DNA of 64,000 nt, from positions 3,424,001 to 3,488,000 of the forward strand of contig CBDCGL010000011.1 of assembly GCA_965216755.1 (NCBI GenBank), given 5' to 3'. A program made the position numbers and the translations under genes. Below the pieces are notes generated by a model, which was given only the letters and a program-made list of their open reading frames with translations, was not told where the DNA came from and ran no database searches. Numbering within the stretch: the first letter of the stretch is position 1; each line of letters starts with the position of its first letter. Shown here piece by piece: positions 38,928 through 47,606 of this stretch. This stretch comes from Alphaproteobacteria bacterium. GTDB lineage: Bacteria; Pseudomonadota; Alphaproteobacteria; UBA7887.

Positions 38928-40481
38928 ATGGCGATTGCACCACGACTCGAGCAAAGGCTTGGCCAAGCGCTGGTCATGACGCCGCAATTGCGGCAGGCCA
39001 TCCAGTTGCTGCAATTGTCGAATCTGGAACTGGGCGCGTATGTCGAGCAGGAACTGGAAAAGAATCCGCTGCTGGAGCGCGACGATGCGACGCAATCATC
39101 CAGCGCGTCGGATGATCCCCCGGACGCTGAGCGTCCGGTCGAAAACGGTCTTGAGACGGATTTGGTCAATGGTGTCGCAGAGCCGCCGTTGACGGACACG
39201 GCGGACTTGACCGGCGCCGAGACCATGCCCAGTGCGCAAGACGCACCGCTCGACGCGGACTACGAGAATGTCTACGACGCCGATGTGAGCCAGGACGGCG
39301 GTGGTGAAGGTCTGCGGTTCGACAGCGCCCCGATTGGACGCGGCGGCCGATCGGATTTCGACGAACTGGGCGAAGTCGATCAAATAGCCGCCCATGATAA
39401 GAGCCTGCAGGACGTGTTGCGTGAGCAACTGGCCATCGAGGTCGCCGACCCCGTGGACCGGATGATTGGCCATGACCTGATTGCCCAAATTGACGAAGCC
39501 GGATACATCGATTTGGATGTCGACGCCGTGGCTTACCGGTTGGGCTGTGCGGCGCAGCAGATTGTGCGTATGGTGGAGGTCATCCAAAGCTTTGAACCGA
39601 CTGGCGTATGCGCACGCGATTTGCGCGAATGCTTAGCTTTGCAATTGCGAGATCGGAACCGATTCGATCCCGCGATGGCAGCTCTGCTTGACAATCTTGA
39701 TTTGTTGGCCGGCCACGACATGAGCGGGCTGATGGCGTGCTGCGGCGTCGACGACGAAGATATTAGGGACATGGTCGCGGAGCTGCGCGCGCTTAACCCC
39801 AAGCCAGGATTGATCTATGCGTCTGAGGCCGTGCAAACGGTCGTCCCGGACGTGTTTGTGCGCATGCGACCGGATGGCAGTTGGGCGGTCGACTTGAACA
39901 GCGAAACGCTGCCGCGGGTCTTGGTCGATCGCCGCTATCACGCCCGAATCAGCCGCAATGCGCGTTCAAAACAGGACCGCGCGTATTTGGCGGATCAACT
40001 TCAGTCGGCGAATTGGTTGGTGCGCTCGCTCGATCAACGGGCCAATACCATTCTCAAGGTCGCCACTGAAATCGTCGTGCAACAACAGGCTTTCTTGGAA
40101 CATGGGGTCCATCATTTGAAGCCCCTGACCCTGCGTGATATCGCCGACGCGATCAGCATGCACGAAAGCACGGTCAGCCGTGTGACCAGCAACAAGTTCA
40201 TGGCGACCCCGCGCGGGGTCTTTGAGCTGAAATATTTTTTCACGACGGCGATCAGCTCCAGCCGCGGTGGCGACGCCCACTCGGCCGAGGCGGTCCGCGC
40301 ACGGATCAAGGAACTGATCGACGGCGAAAAAGTCGACGCGGTGCTGTCGGACGACAAGATTGTTGAGTTGTTGCGGGTTGACGGGATTGATATCGCCCGT
40401 CGGACCGTGGCGAAATATCGCGAGGCCTTGAGCATTCCCTCGTCGGTGAAACGCAGGCGCTTGAAATCCAGCAAGTTATAG
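38928..40481 (+). CDS. rpoN: RNA polymerase sigma-54 factor
   Basis: LVMTPQL.QAI.LLQLS, HESTVSR, RpoN box ARRTVAKYRE. Confidence 0.97.
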   Translation: MAIAPRLEQRLGQALVMTPQLRQAIQLLQLSNLELGAYVEQELEKNPLLERDDATQSSSASDDPPDAERPVENGLETDLVNGVAEPPLTDTADLTGAETMPSAQDAPLDADYENVYDADVSQDGGGEGLRFDSAPIGRGGRSDFDELGEVDQIAAHDKSLQDVLREQLAIEVADPVDRMIGHDLIAQIDEAGYIDLDVDAVAYRLGCAAQQIVRMVEVIQSFEPTGVCARDLRECLALQLRDRNRFDPAMAALLDNLDLLAGHDMSGLMACCGVDDEDIRDMVAELRALNPKPGLIYASEAVQTVVPDVFVRMRPDGSWAVDLNSETLPRVLVDRRYHARISRNARSKQDRAYLADQLQSANWLVRSLDQRANTILKVATEIVVQQQAFLEHGVHHLKPLTLRDIADAISMHESTVSRVTSNKFMATPRGVFELKYFFTTAISSSRGGDAHSAEAVRARIKELIDGEKVDAVLSDDKIVELLRVDGIDIARRTVAKYREALSIPSSVKRRRLKSSKL

Positions 40482-40628
40482 CCGTGTCGTGTGTTGTCAG
40501 CGTGGTATCGCCGATATTGACAGAAAACTGTGTGTTCACTAATTTGCCCGCCTTTCGCGCGATGGGCCTTGGGCGTTCAGACGCCATGCAAGGGCGCGCC
40601 GGTAACGCGGACGAAATGTCCACTCTTC

Positions 40629-41219
40629 ATGCACGTTTCGATTAGCGCTAAGCAAGTCAAGATCAGTGATCGTCTGCGCGACGATGTCGCGCAACGTTTG
40701 GAACTGGGGATCAATAAATATTTCGATCGCGCGATTGACGCGCAGGTCCAGTTTTCGCGCGAAGGTTCGCAAGTGCGCAGCGATATTTCCGTCCATGCCG
40801 GCAGCGGTATCCAGTTGCAAGCCCACGGCGTTTCCGAGGACTTGGCGACCGCGTTTGATATCGCCGCCGACCGGGTGGAAAAGAGACTGCGACGTTACAA
40901 GCGCCGTTTGGTTGACCAACATCACGGTCGCAAGGGCGCGCCAGACACGACCATGGCGGCTCGGCAAGTTGTATTGGCCGGTGAGGATGCCGCTGCCAGG
41001 GAAACAGAGTCCGCCGCCGATGCCCCGGTGACGATTGCGGAGACAACGACCACAATTCATACGCTGACCGTGGGCGAGGCGGTGATGCGGCTGGAGCTTG
41101 CCGATCTGCCGGTCCTGGTGTTCCGCAATGGCGGTCATGGTGGTCTGAACGTCGTGTACCGACGCGCTGACGGCAATATTGGCTGGATAGATCCAAGTGA
41201 AACCGAACGCGCTGATTGA
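40629..41219 (+). CDS. hpf: Ribosome hibernation promoting factor (long HPF/RaiA)
   Basis: KYFDR, EKRLRRYKRRL, NVVYRR.DGNIGWIDP. Confidence 0.92.
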   Translation: MHVSISAKQVKISDRLRDDVAQRLELGINKYFDRAIDAQVQFSREGSQVRSDISVHAGSGIQLQAHGVSEDLATAFDIAADRVEKRLRRYKRRLVDQHHGRKGAPDTTMAARQVVLAGEDAAARETESAADAPVTIAETTTTIHTLTVGEAVMRLELADLPVLVFRNGGHGGLNVVYRRADGNIGWIDPSETERAD

Positions 41220-41228
41220 GGCGCTGCG

Positions 41229-41696
41229 ATGGACCTGGACGAGATTCTGACCCCCGAATCGGTGGTCGCAAACCTAAAGGCAAAAAGTAAGAAGCAGGCG
41301 CTTCAAGAATTGTCGAAGCGCGCCAAGGTGATCACCGGACTTGTCGAACGAGACATATTCGACACTTTGTTGGAGCGCGAGCGCCTTGGCACGACCGGTG
41401 TTGGACAGGGAGTCGCGATCCCGCACGGTCGCATGGCAGAGCTGGATCGACTGTACGGGCTTTTCGCCCGGCTCGAGCACCCGATCGATTTTGATGCCAT
41501 CGATGATCAGCCGGTGGATCTGATTTTCGTGCTCTTGGCGCCGGTTTCGGCGGGTGCCGATCATCTCAAGGCGTTGGCGCGCGTTTCGCGACTGTTACGC
41601 GACAAGTCGATGTGCGCCAAATTGCGCGGCACGGCCAACCCCGAAGCCTTGTATGCCGCATTGATCGAACCTGCCGCGGCGACCGACGCGGCCTGA
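41229..41696 (+). CDS. ptsN: PTS EIIA-Ntr
   Basis: RERLGTTGVG.GVAIPH, AGADHLKALA. Confidence 0.95.
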   Translation: MDLDEILTPESVVANLKAKSKKQALQELSKRAKVITGLVERDIFDTLLERERLGTTGVGQGVAIPHGRMAELDRLYGLFARLEHPIDFDAIDDQPVDLIFVLLAPVSAGADHLKALARVSRLLRDKSMCAKLRGTANPEALYAALIEPAAATDAA

Positions 41697-41747
41697 AAAC
41701 ACCCGGTACGGACCCATGGCCGGCTCTCACTGTGTGCGCGCCGATGA

Positions 41748-42266
41748 TTGACAATCCAAACCGGCACCAGCACCTTGGCGGGCATGCACTTATTCCACGC
41801 CAGCTGTGTTGCTTTGTCGGATGTGGCGGTGATGTTGTTCGGCCCACCAGGCAGCGGCAAATCCGACTTGGCCCTGCGCCTCATCGATAGCGGGGCACAT
41901 TTGGTTGCTGACGATCAAGTGATTGTCGGCGGGGCGCACGGTGTTTTGCGGGCGACGGCGCCGCCACCATTGCGGGGGCTGATCGAGGTGCGCGGCATCG
42001 GCATTCTAGCGTTGCCCGCGGTATCCGACGTGGTCGTTGGCTTGGCGGTAGATCTGTCACCCGATACGGCCAACGCGCGTCTGCCGTCGCCGGCGCCCTG
42101 GATCGTGGGCGAGATGTCTGTGGCGCGCATTCGGGTCGACCCGTTTTCCCTCTCGGCGACGGCAAAAGTGAGGGTGGCGCTGGCGGCACTGCGCCATGGG
42201 GGCATTCAAGCCGGCGCGCTTGAGGGTGTTTCACAGGCGTCCCGGCAATCCAGGCCCGCCGCGTGA
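41748..42266 (+). CDS. hprK: Short HPr kinase/phosphorylase
   Basis: HASCV, GPPGSGKSDLAL, LVADDQ, GLIEVRGIGI. Confidence 0.88.
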   Translation: MTIQTGTSTLAGMHLFHASCVALSDVAVMLFGPPGSGKSDLALRLIDSGAHLVADDQVIVGGAHGVLRATAPPPLRGLIEVRGIGILALPAVSDVVVGLAVDLSPDTANARLPSPAPWIVGEMSVARIRVDPFSLSATAKVRVALAALRHGGIQAGALEGVSQASRQSRPAA

Positions 42267-43126
42267 CCAAAGACGTCTTGGCACGGCTGCTGTTTGTGAC
42301 CGGCTTATCCGGGGCCGGTAAGTCGACTGCCTTGAAGGCCTTGGAGGATCTCGGCTATGAGGCGGTCGACAACTTGCCGCTGCGCTTGGTCGCAGCCATT
42401 GTTCCGGTGGCCGGCGAGACCGCACAGCCCCTGGCGATTGGGGTCGACGCGCGCACCCGCGATTTCGCGATCGAAACCTTTGTCGATCAGCTCAACGCCC
42501 TGCGCGCCCACGGCGGCTTGCGTATCGACGTTGTGTACCTCGCCTGTGATGACGATGTGTTGCAACGGCGCTTCACCGAAACGCGGCGCCGCCATCCATT
42601 GGCCGCCGATCGTCCGGTTCGCGACGGTATCCAACAGGAGCGGCGCCTGATCGCGCCGTTACGCGACGCCGCTGATCATGTCATCGACACGTCGGCCATG
42701 ACGGGTGCCGACTTGAAAAGGCGCCTCGACCAACTGTTTGTGCTCGAGGGCGGCCCGCCCTTGTCCATCCTGGTGACCTCGTTCGCCTATCGCCACGGGC
42801 TGCCGCGCGAGGCCGATCTGGTTTTCGATGTACGGTTCTTGGCGAATCCCCACTATGAACCCGCTCTACGCAACAAGTCGGGTCTGGATCAAGATGTCGT
42901 GGCCTATATCGAGCGCGACCGCGGATTTGCGGAGTTCTTCGCCAATCTGAACGCGCTTCTGACGCCGTTGCTGCCGCGCTACGCGGCTGAGGGCAAGAGC
43001 TACTTGACCATCGCATTTGGGTGTACCGGCGGCCGCCATCGGTCGGTGGCTCTGGCACAGCGGTTGGGTAAAGCCCTGATGGCGTCCCAATATGCCGTTC
43101 AAATCCGACACCGGGACTTGTCATGA
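42263..43126 (+). CDS. rapZ: RNase adapter RapZ
   Basis: TGLSGAGKS, VDNLP, ETRRRHP, DVRFL.NP, GCTGGRHRSV. Confidence 0.95.
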   Translation: MTKDVLARLLFVTGLSGAGKSTALKALEDLGYEAVDNLPLRLVAAIVPVAGETAQPLAIGVDARTRDFAIETFVDQLNALRAHGGLRIDVVYLACDDDVLQRRFTETRRRHPLAADRPVRDGIQQERRLIAPLRDAADHVIDTSAMTGADLKRRLDQLFVLEGGPPLSILVTSFAYRHGLPREADLVFDVRFLANPHYEPALRNKSGLDQDVVAYIERDRGFAEFFANLNALLTPLLPRYAAEGKSYLTIAFGCTGGRHRSVALAQRLGKALMASQYAVQIRHRDLS

Positions 43127-43181
43127 ACGCCGCAACCGTGCAGCTTGTCGGGCGCCGTCCGACCGATTGGATAAGCGCTCC

Positions 43182-43589
43182 ATGATAGGCATCGTTTTGG
43201 TAACCCACGGCCGTTTGGCGGACGAATTCGTCGCTGCGACGGAACATGTGGTTGGCGCGCAAGAGGCGATCCGCAGCATTTGCATCGGTCCCGACGATGA
43301 TATGGAGCGTCGTCGGGCCGAGATTATGGACGCGATCGATGCGGTCGACGATGGCAGTGGCGTCGTTGTTCTGACCGACATGTTCGGCGGCACCCCGTCA
43401 AACCTGGCCATTTCGATCATGGATCGCGCCAATGTCGAAGTGATCGCCGGCGTCAATCTGCCCATGCTGATCAAGCTGACCAGTGTTCGCGGCCAGCTGG
43501 AATTGGCCGAGGCGGTCGCCAGCGCCCAGGAAGCAGGACGAAAATATATCAATGTTGCGAGTAGTTTGCTCGCCAACAGCGAATCGTGA
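43182..43589 (+). CDS. PTS EIIA (mannose/fructose family)
   Basis: MIGIVLVTHG, TDMFGGTPSN, GVNLPML. Confidence 0.93.
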   Translation: MIGIVLVTHGRLADEFVAATEHVVGAQEAIRSICIGPDDDMERRRAEIMDAIDAVDDGSGVVVLTDMFGGTPSNLAISIMDRANVEVIAGVNLPMLIKLTSVRGQLELAEAVASAQEAGRKYINVASSLLANSES

Positions 43590-43882
43590 CAGGGTCGCGG
43601 CCTGACGCCGACGGGTGGCTGCGCATCACCGTGCGGATCGAAAACCAAAAGGGTCTGCATGCCCGCGCGGCGGCCAAGTTCGTGAAGCTCGCCGGCACGT
43701 TTGGGGCCGAGGTCGAAGTGCGCAAGAACGGCACGACCGTGCCGGGCGGATCGATCATGGGGCTGATGATGTTGGCCGCCGGCCCCGGCAGTGAACTGGA
43801 AATATCGGCGCGGGGCGACGATGCCATGGCGGCGCTGGACGCGTTGCGTGGCCTGGTCGCGGCCCGTTTTGACGAAGATTGA
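43586..43882 (+). CDS. ptsH: Phosphocarrier protein HPr
   Basis: KGLHARAAAKFV, SIMGLMMLAA. Confidence 0.93.
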   Translation: MTGSRPDADGWLRITVRIENQKGLHARAAAKFVKLAGTFGAEVEVRKNGTTVPGGSIMGLMMLAAGPGSELEISARGDDAMAALDALRGLVAARFDED

Positions 43883-44069
43883 CCTGGTCTCGGTGGCGCG
43901 AAGAATAGCGGATGCCTTGTCGCGGGACCGGCGGCGTTATATATCCGTGTCGCATCGCGGAACCGGTTTGCTTGGGCCGGATGTCGGATATCGACCCGCA
44001 CGCCAGCGCGGCCATATGACATCGAGTTTCGGGTCGTGGCCCGCCCCACATCATCTCAGGAGCGCATGA

Positions 44070-45365
44070 ATGGCCGAGTTCACCGACTATAAAGTCGCCG
44101 ATATGTCTTTGGCGGATTGGGGTCGCAAAGAAATCCAAATCGCCGAAAAAGAAATGCCGGGCCTGATGGCCCTGCGCGATGAACATCGCGGCAAGTCGCC
44201 ACTCGCCGGTGCGCGCATCGTCGGTTGCCTCCATATGACCATTCAAACGGCGGTGTTGATTGAGACCCTGATCGAATTGGGCGCCGAAGTCCGCTGGAGC
44301 TCGTGCAACATTTTCTCGACCCAGGATCACGCCGCGGCTGCCGTTGCCGCCGCGGGAATCCCGGTGTATGCGTGGAAGGGTGAAACCGACGAAGAATTCT
44401 GGTGGTGTATTGACCAGACCATCACCGGCCCGAATGGTTGGACGCCAAACATGATCCTCGATGATGGCGGCGATCTCACCAAGGTGATGCACGAAAAGCA
44501 TCGCGACCTGCTGGCCAATGTCAAAGGCCTGTCGGAAGAAACCACCACCGGCGTCCACCGCCTTTATGACATGGAAAAAGATGGTTCCCTGGCGGTGCCG
44601 GCGATCAACGTCAACGATTCCGTGACCAAGTCGAAATTCGATAATCTGTATGGGTGTCGGGAAAGCCTGGTCGACGGCATTCGTCGCGCCACCGATGTGA
44701 TGATGGCCGGCAAGGTCGCCGTGGTGTGCGGCTATGGCGATGTCGGCAAAGGCTCAGCAGCGTCGTTGCGCAATGCCGGCGCGCGCGTCATGGTCACCGA
44801 AATCGATCCGATATGTGCGTTGCAGGCGGCCATGGAAGGCTACGAAGTGGTAACCATGGACAGCGCCGCCGCGGTCGGCGACATTTTCGTCACCGCAACC
44901 GGCAATATCGATGTGATCACGCTCGATCATATGCGGGCGATGAAAGACCAAGCCATTGTCTGCAATATCGGTCATTTCGATTCCGAAATTCAGATCGACG
45001 CGCTGAGCAACCTGCGATGGACCGAAATCAAGCCGCAAGTTGACATGGTTGAGTTTCCCGACGACAAGCGGCTGATCATCTTGGCAAAGGGACGTTTGGT
45101 GAATTTGGGTTGCGCGACGGGGCATCCGAGCTTTGTCATGAGCGCTTCTTTCACCAATCAAGTGCTTGCGCAGATTGAGCTGTGGAACAATACCGACCGT
45201 TACGCGCGCAAGGTGTATGTGTTGCCGAAGCATTTGGACGAAAAGGTCGCGGCTTTGCACTTAAAGAAAGTCGGCGCGGACCTGACCGAGCTGTCCAAGA
45301 AGCAAGCGACCTATATCGGTGTTGACCAAGCAGGACCGTTTAAGCCGGATCAATATCGTTATTGA
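44070..45365 (+). CDS. ahcY: Adenosylhomocysteinase
   Basis: [42 protein letters not shown]. Confidence 0.98.
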   Translation: MAEFTDYKVADMSLADWGRKEIQIAEKEMPGLMALRDEHRGKSPLAGARIVGCLHMTIQTAVLIETLIELGAEVRWSSCNIFSTQDHAAAAVAAAGIPVYAWKGETDEEFWWCIDQTITGPNGWTPNMILDDGGDLTKVMHEKHRDLLANVKGLSEETTTGVHRLYDMEKDGSLAVPAINVNDSVTKSKFDNLYGCRESLVDGIRRATDVMMAGKVAVVCGYGDVGKGSAASLRNAGARVMVTEIDPICALQAAMEGYEVVTMDSAAAVGDIFVTATGNIDVITLDHMRAMKDQAIVCNIGHFDSEIQIDALSNLRWTEIKPQVDMVEFPDDKRLIILAKGRLVNLGCATGHPSFVMSASFTNQVLAQIELWNNTDRYARKVYVLPKHLDEKVAALHLKKVGADLTELSKKQATYIGVDQAGPFKPDQYRY

Positions 45366-45398
45366 TCGCGATCGCTGGCGGCGGCGCGGCGAAGATTA

Positions 45399-45905
45399 AT
45401 GGCGGATAGCCTGCCATCGTCGCTGGCTGTTACGGTCGCCCTGCCATCTCCTGACGCGACCGCGGCGCTGGCCATTGCACTGGCGCGGATCGTGCGGCTG
45501 GGAGACGTGATCGCGTTAGACGGTGAGCTCGGCGTCGGCAAAACGACATTTGCTCGCGCGATCATCCACGCACTGGGCGGCGCTGGTGAAGAGGTGCCGA
45601 GCCCAACCTTCACCTTGCTGCAAGCCTATGAGTTGCCGACGATCACCGTGTGTCATTTTGATCTTTATCGGCTCGACGGCCCGGAGGGGCTCGCGGAACT
45701 CGGACTCGAAGACGCATTTGCCGACGCCGTGTCGCTGATCGAATGGCCTGATCGGCTTGGATCCTTGTTGCCCGATGATCATCTGCACATCACATTGTTT
45801 TTCGACGGCAACACGGATCAGATGCGCCATGCGCAGCTTGTCGGCCATGGCCGTTGGGCTGCACGTGTCGACGCCATAGCCGTTGGTGGGGACAAGGATG
45901 ACTGA
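45399..45905 (+). CDS. tsaE: tRNA threonylcarbamoyladenosine biosynthesis ATPase
   Basis: GELGVGKTT, VPSPTFTL, HFDLYR, IEWP. Confidence 0.95.
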   Translation: MADSLPSSLAVTVALPSPDATAALAIALARIVRLGDVIALDGELGVGKTTFARAIIHALGGAGEEVPSPTFTLLQAYELPTITVCHFDLYRLDGPEGLAELGLEDAFADAVSLIEWPDRLGSLLPDDHLHITLFFDGNTDQMRHAQLVGHGRWAARVDAIAVGGDKDD

Positions 45906-46887
45906 GCGCGATCAGGTCATCGATGGTTTTTTGGCAACCAGCGGGTGGTCGGGCGCGGTGCGGGCGATGTTGGCGGGTGACGCCTCGTTTCGTCGCTATG
46001 AACGGGTCACCGAGGGAACACGACATGCGGTGCTGATGGACGCGCCGCCGCCGCAAGAGGACGTGCGGCCGTTCTTGGCTGTCGCCGCCTATTTGACCGA
46101 TCAGGGTTACAGCGCGCCGAAAGTGTTCGCGGCGGCCCCGGACGACGGCTTGCTGCTGCTCGAGGACTTGGGCGATTCATTGTTTAGCCGGGTCTTGCAA
46201 GATGGTCGCCTCGAATCGGCGCTGTACGAAGCCGCCATCGATCTGTTGTGCGATCTCCATCAACGTCCGCCGCCCGAAGGCTTGGCGCCCTATGACGACG
46301 CGGTGCTGCTGGCCGAAGCAGACTTGTTCATTGATTGGTATCTGCCGGCGATTGGGTGTCCGGATCTGACAACCGAAGCGCGCGCCGCCTACCACGAATT
46401 GTGGCGGGCGGCATTTGGCACGCTAGAGGGCGATCAACCAGTCTTGGTCCTGCGCGATTTTCACGCCGACAACTTGGTTTGGTTGCCCGATCGGGTTGGC
46501 GCCGCACGGGTCGGATTGCTCGATTTTCAGGATGCCTTGATCGGTTCGCCGGCGTATGATTTGGTCTCGTTGATCGAAGACGCGCGCCGCGATGTGGCCA
46601 CGTGCTTGGGCGCAGCCATGGTCGATCGCTATCTGGCGTCACGGCCACAGGTGGACGGGTCAAACTTCCGCGCGGCGCTGGCAATTCTGGGCGCGCAGCG
46701 TAATGCCAAGATCATCGGGATCTTTACCCGTCTCAGTCGGCGCGATTACAAGTCCCAATATCTCAACATGATCCCGCATGTTTGGCGCTTGTTGGAACGA
46801 GACCTAAGTCACCCGGCGTTGGTGGGTTTGCGCGCTTGGTTTGATCGGATGGTGCCGGCCGCGCGGCGCCTGCAGCCGTCACCATGA
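45898..46887 (+). CDS. amgK: MurNAc/GlcNAc anomeric kinase (APH-family phosphotransferase)
   Basis: GDASFRRY, LEDLGD, RDFHADNL, LDFQDA; between tsaE and murU. Confidence 0.85.
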   Translation: MTERDQVIDGFLATSGWSGAVRAMLAGDASFRRYERVTEGTRHAVLMDAPPPQEDVRPFLAVAAYLTDQGYSAPKVFAAAPDDGLLLLEDLGDSLFSRVLQDGRLESALYEAAIDLLCDLHQRPPPEGLAPYDDAVLLAEADLFIDWYLPAIGCPDLTTEARAAYHELWRAAFGTLEGDQPVLVLRDFHADNLVWLPDRVGAARVGLLDFQDALIGSPAYDLVSLIEDARRDVATCLGAAMVDRYLASRPQVDGSNFRAALAILGAQRNAKIIGIFTRLSRRDYKSQYLNMIPHVWRLLERDLSHPALVGLRAWFDRMVPAARRLQPSP

Positions 46888-47606
46888 CCGACGCCGGGCG
46901 ACCCAGGCGCGCAATGGTGTTGGCTGCCGGCCTTGGCACACGCTTGAAGCCGATCACAGACGCGCGGCCCAAACCACTGATCGAAGTTGGCGGTCAAACC
47001 ATGCTCGACCGCATGCTTGATGCCCTCGCGGCTGCGGGAGTCGATCGGATCGTGGTCAATGTTCATCACCTCGCCAACATGGTCGTTGACCATTTGGCCA
47101 CGCGCGCATCGCCGACCGTCACCATATCGCACGAAACCCGATTGCTGGAAACCGGCGGCGGTATAAGCAAAGCGTTGCCGGATCTGGGTGACGCGCCGTT
47201 TTTCGTCGCGAATAGTGATGTCGTTGTCTTGTCTGGCGTTCGATCGCCGTTTGACCGCTTGGCTGCGGCGTGGCGCGCGGACTCCATGGACGCGTTGTTG
47301 CTGATGCAACGATCGGCACGGGCGTTTGGCTATACGGGCCGGGGCGACTTTTTTATGAGCTCGTCCGGCGCATTACGGCGTCGACGCGAGCATGAAATCG
47401 CACCCTATATCTTTGCCGGGATCCAGCTCCTGCATCCGCGCTTGTTCGACGCCTGTCCGACCGCGCCGTTTTCCATCAACCTGCTCTACGACCGCGCCTT
47501 GCAACGCGATCGCCTGTTCGGTGTGGTCCACGACGGGGCGTGGCTTCACGTCGGCACGCCGCAGGCGCTCAGCGATGCCGACGCGTATCTCCGCCGAATC
47601 ACGTGA
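46884..47606 (+). CDS. murU: MurNAc-1-phosphate uridylyltransferase-like nucleotidyltransferase
   Basis: AMVLAAGLGTRL.P.T...PKPL, LETGGG, WLHVGTP. Confidence 0.85.
   Translation: MTDAGRPRRAMVLAAGLGTRLKPITDARPKPLIEVGGQTMLDRMLDALAAAGVDRIVVNVHHLANMVVDHLATRASPTVTISHETRLLETGGGISKALPDLGDAPFFVANSDVVVLSGVRSPFDRLAAAWRADSMDALLLMQRSARAFGYTGRGDFFMSSSGALRRRREHEIAPYIFAGIQLLHPRLFDACPTAPFSINLLYDRALQRDRLFGVVHDGAWLHVGTPQALSDADAYLRRIT

Noticed and set aside
43883-44069. SAH or SAM-SAH riboswitch upstream of ahcY
   Set aside because: AGGAGCG is present but positioned as the RBS; the complementary conserved elements could not be identified by eye. An Rfam scan would settle it.
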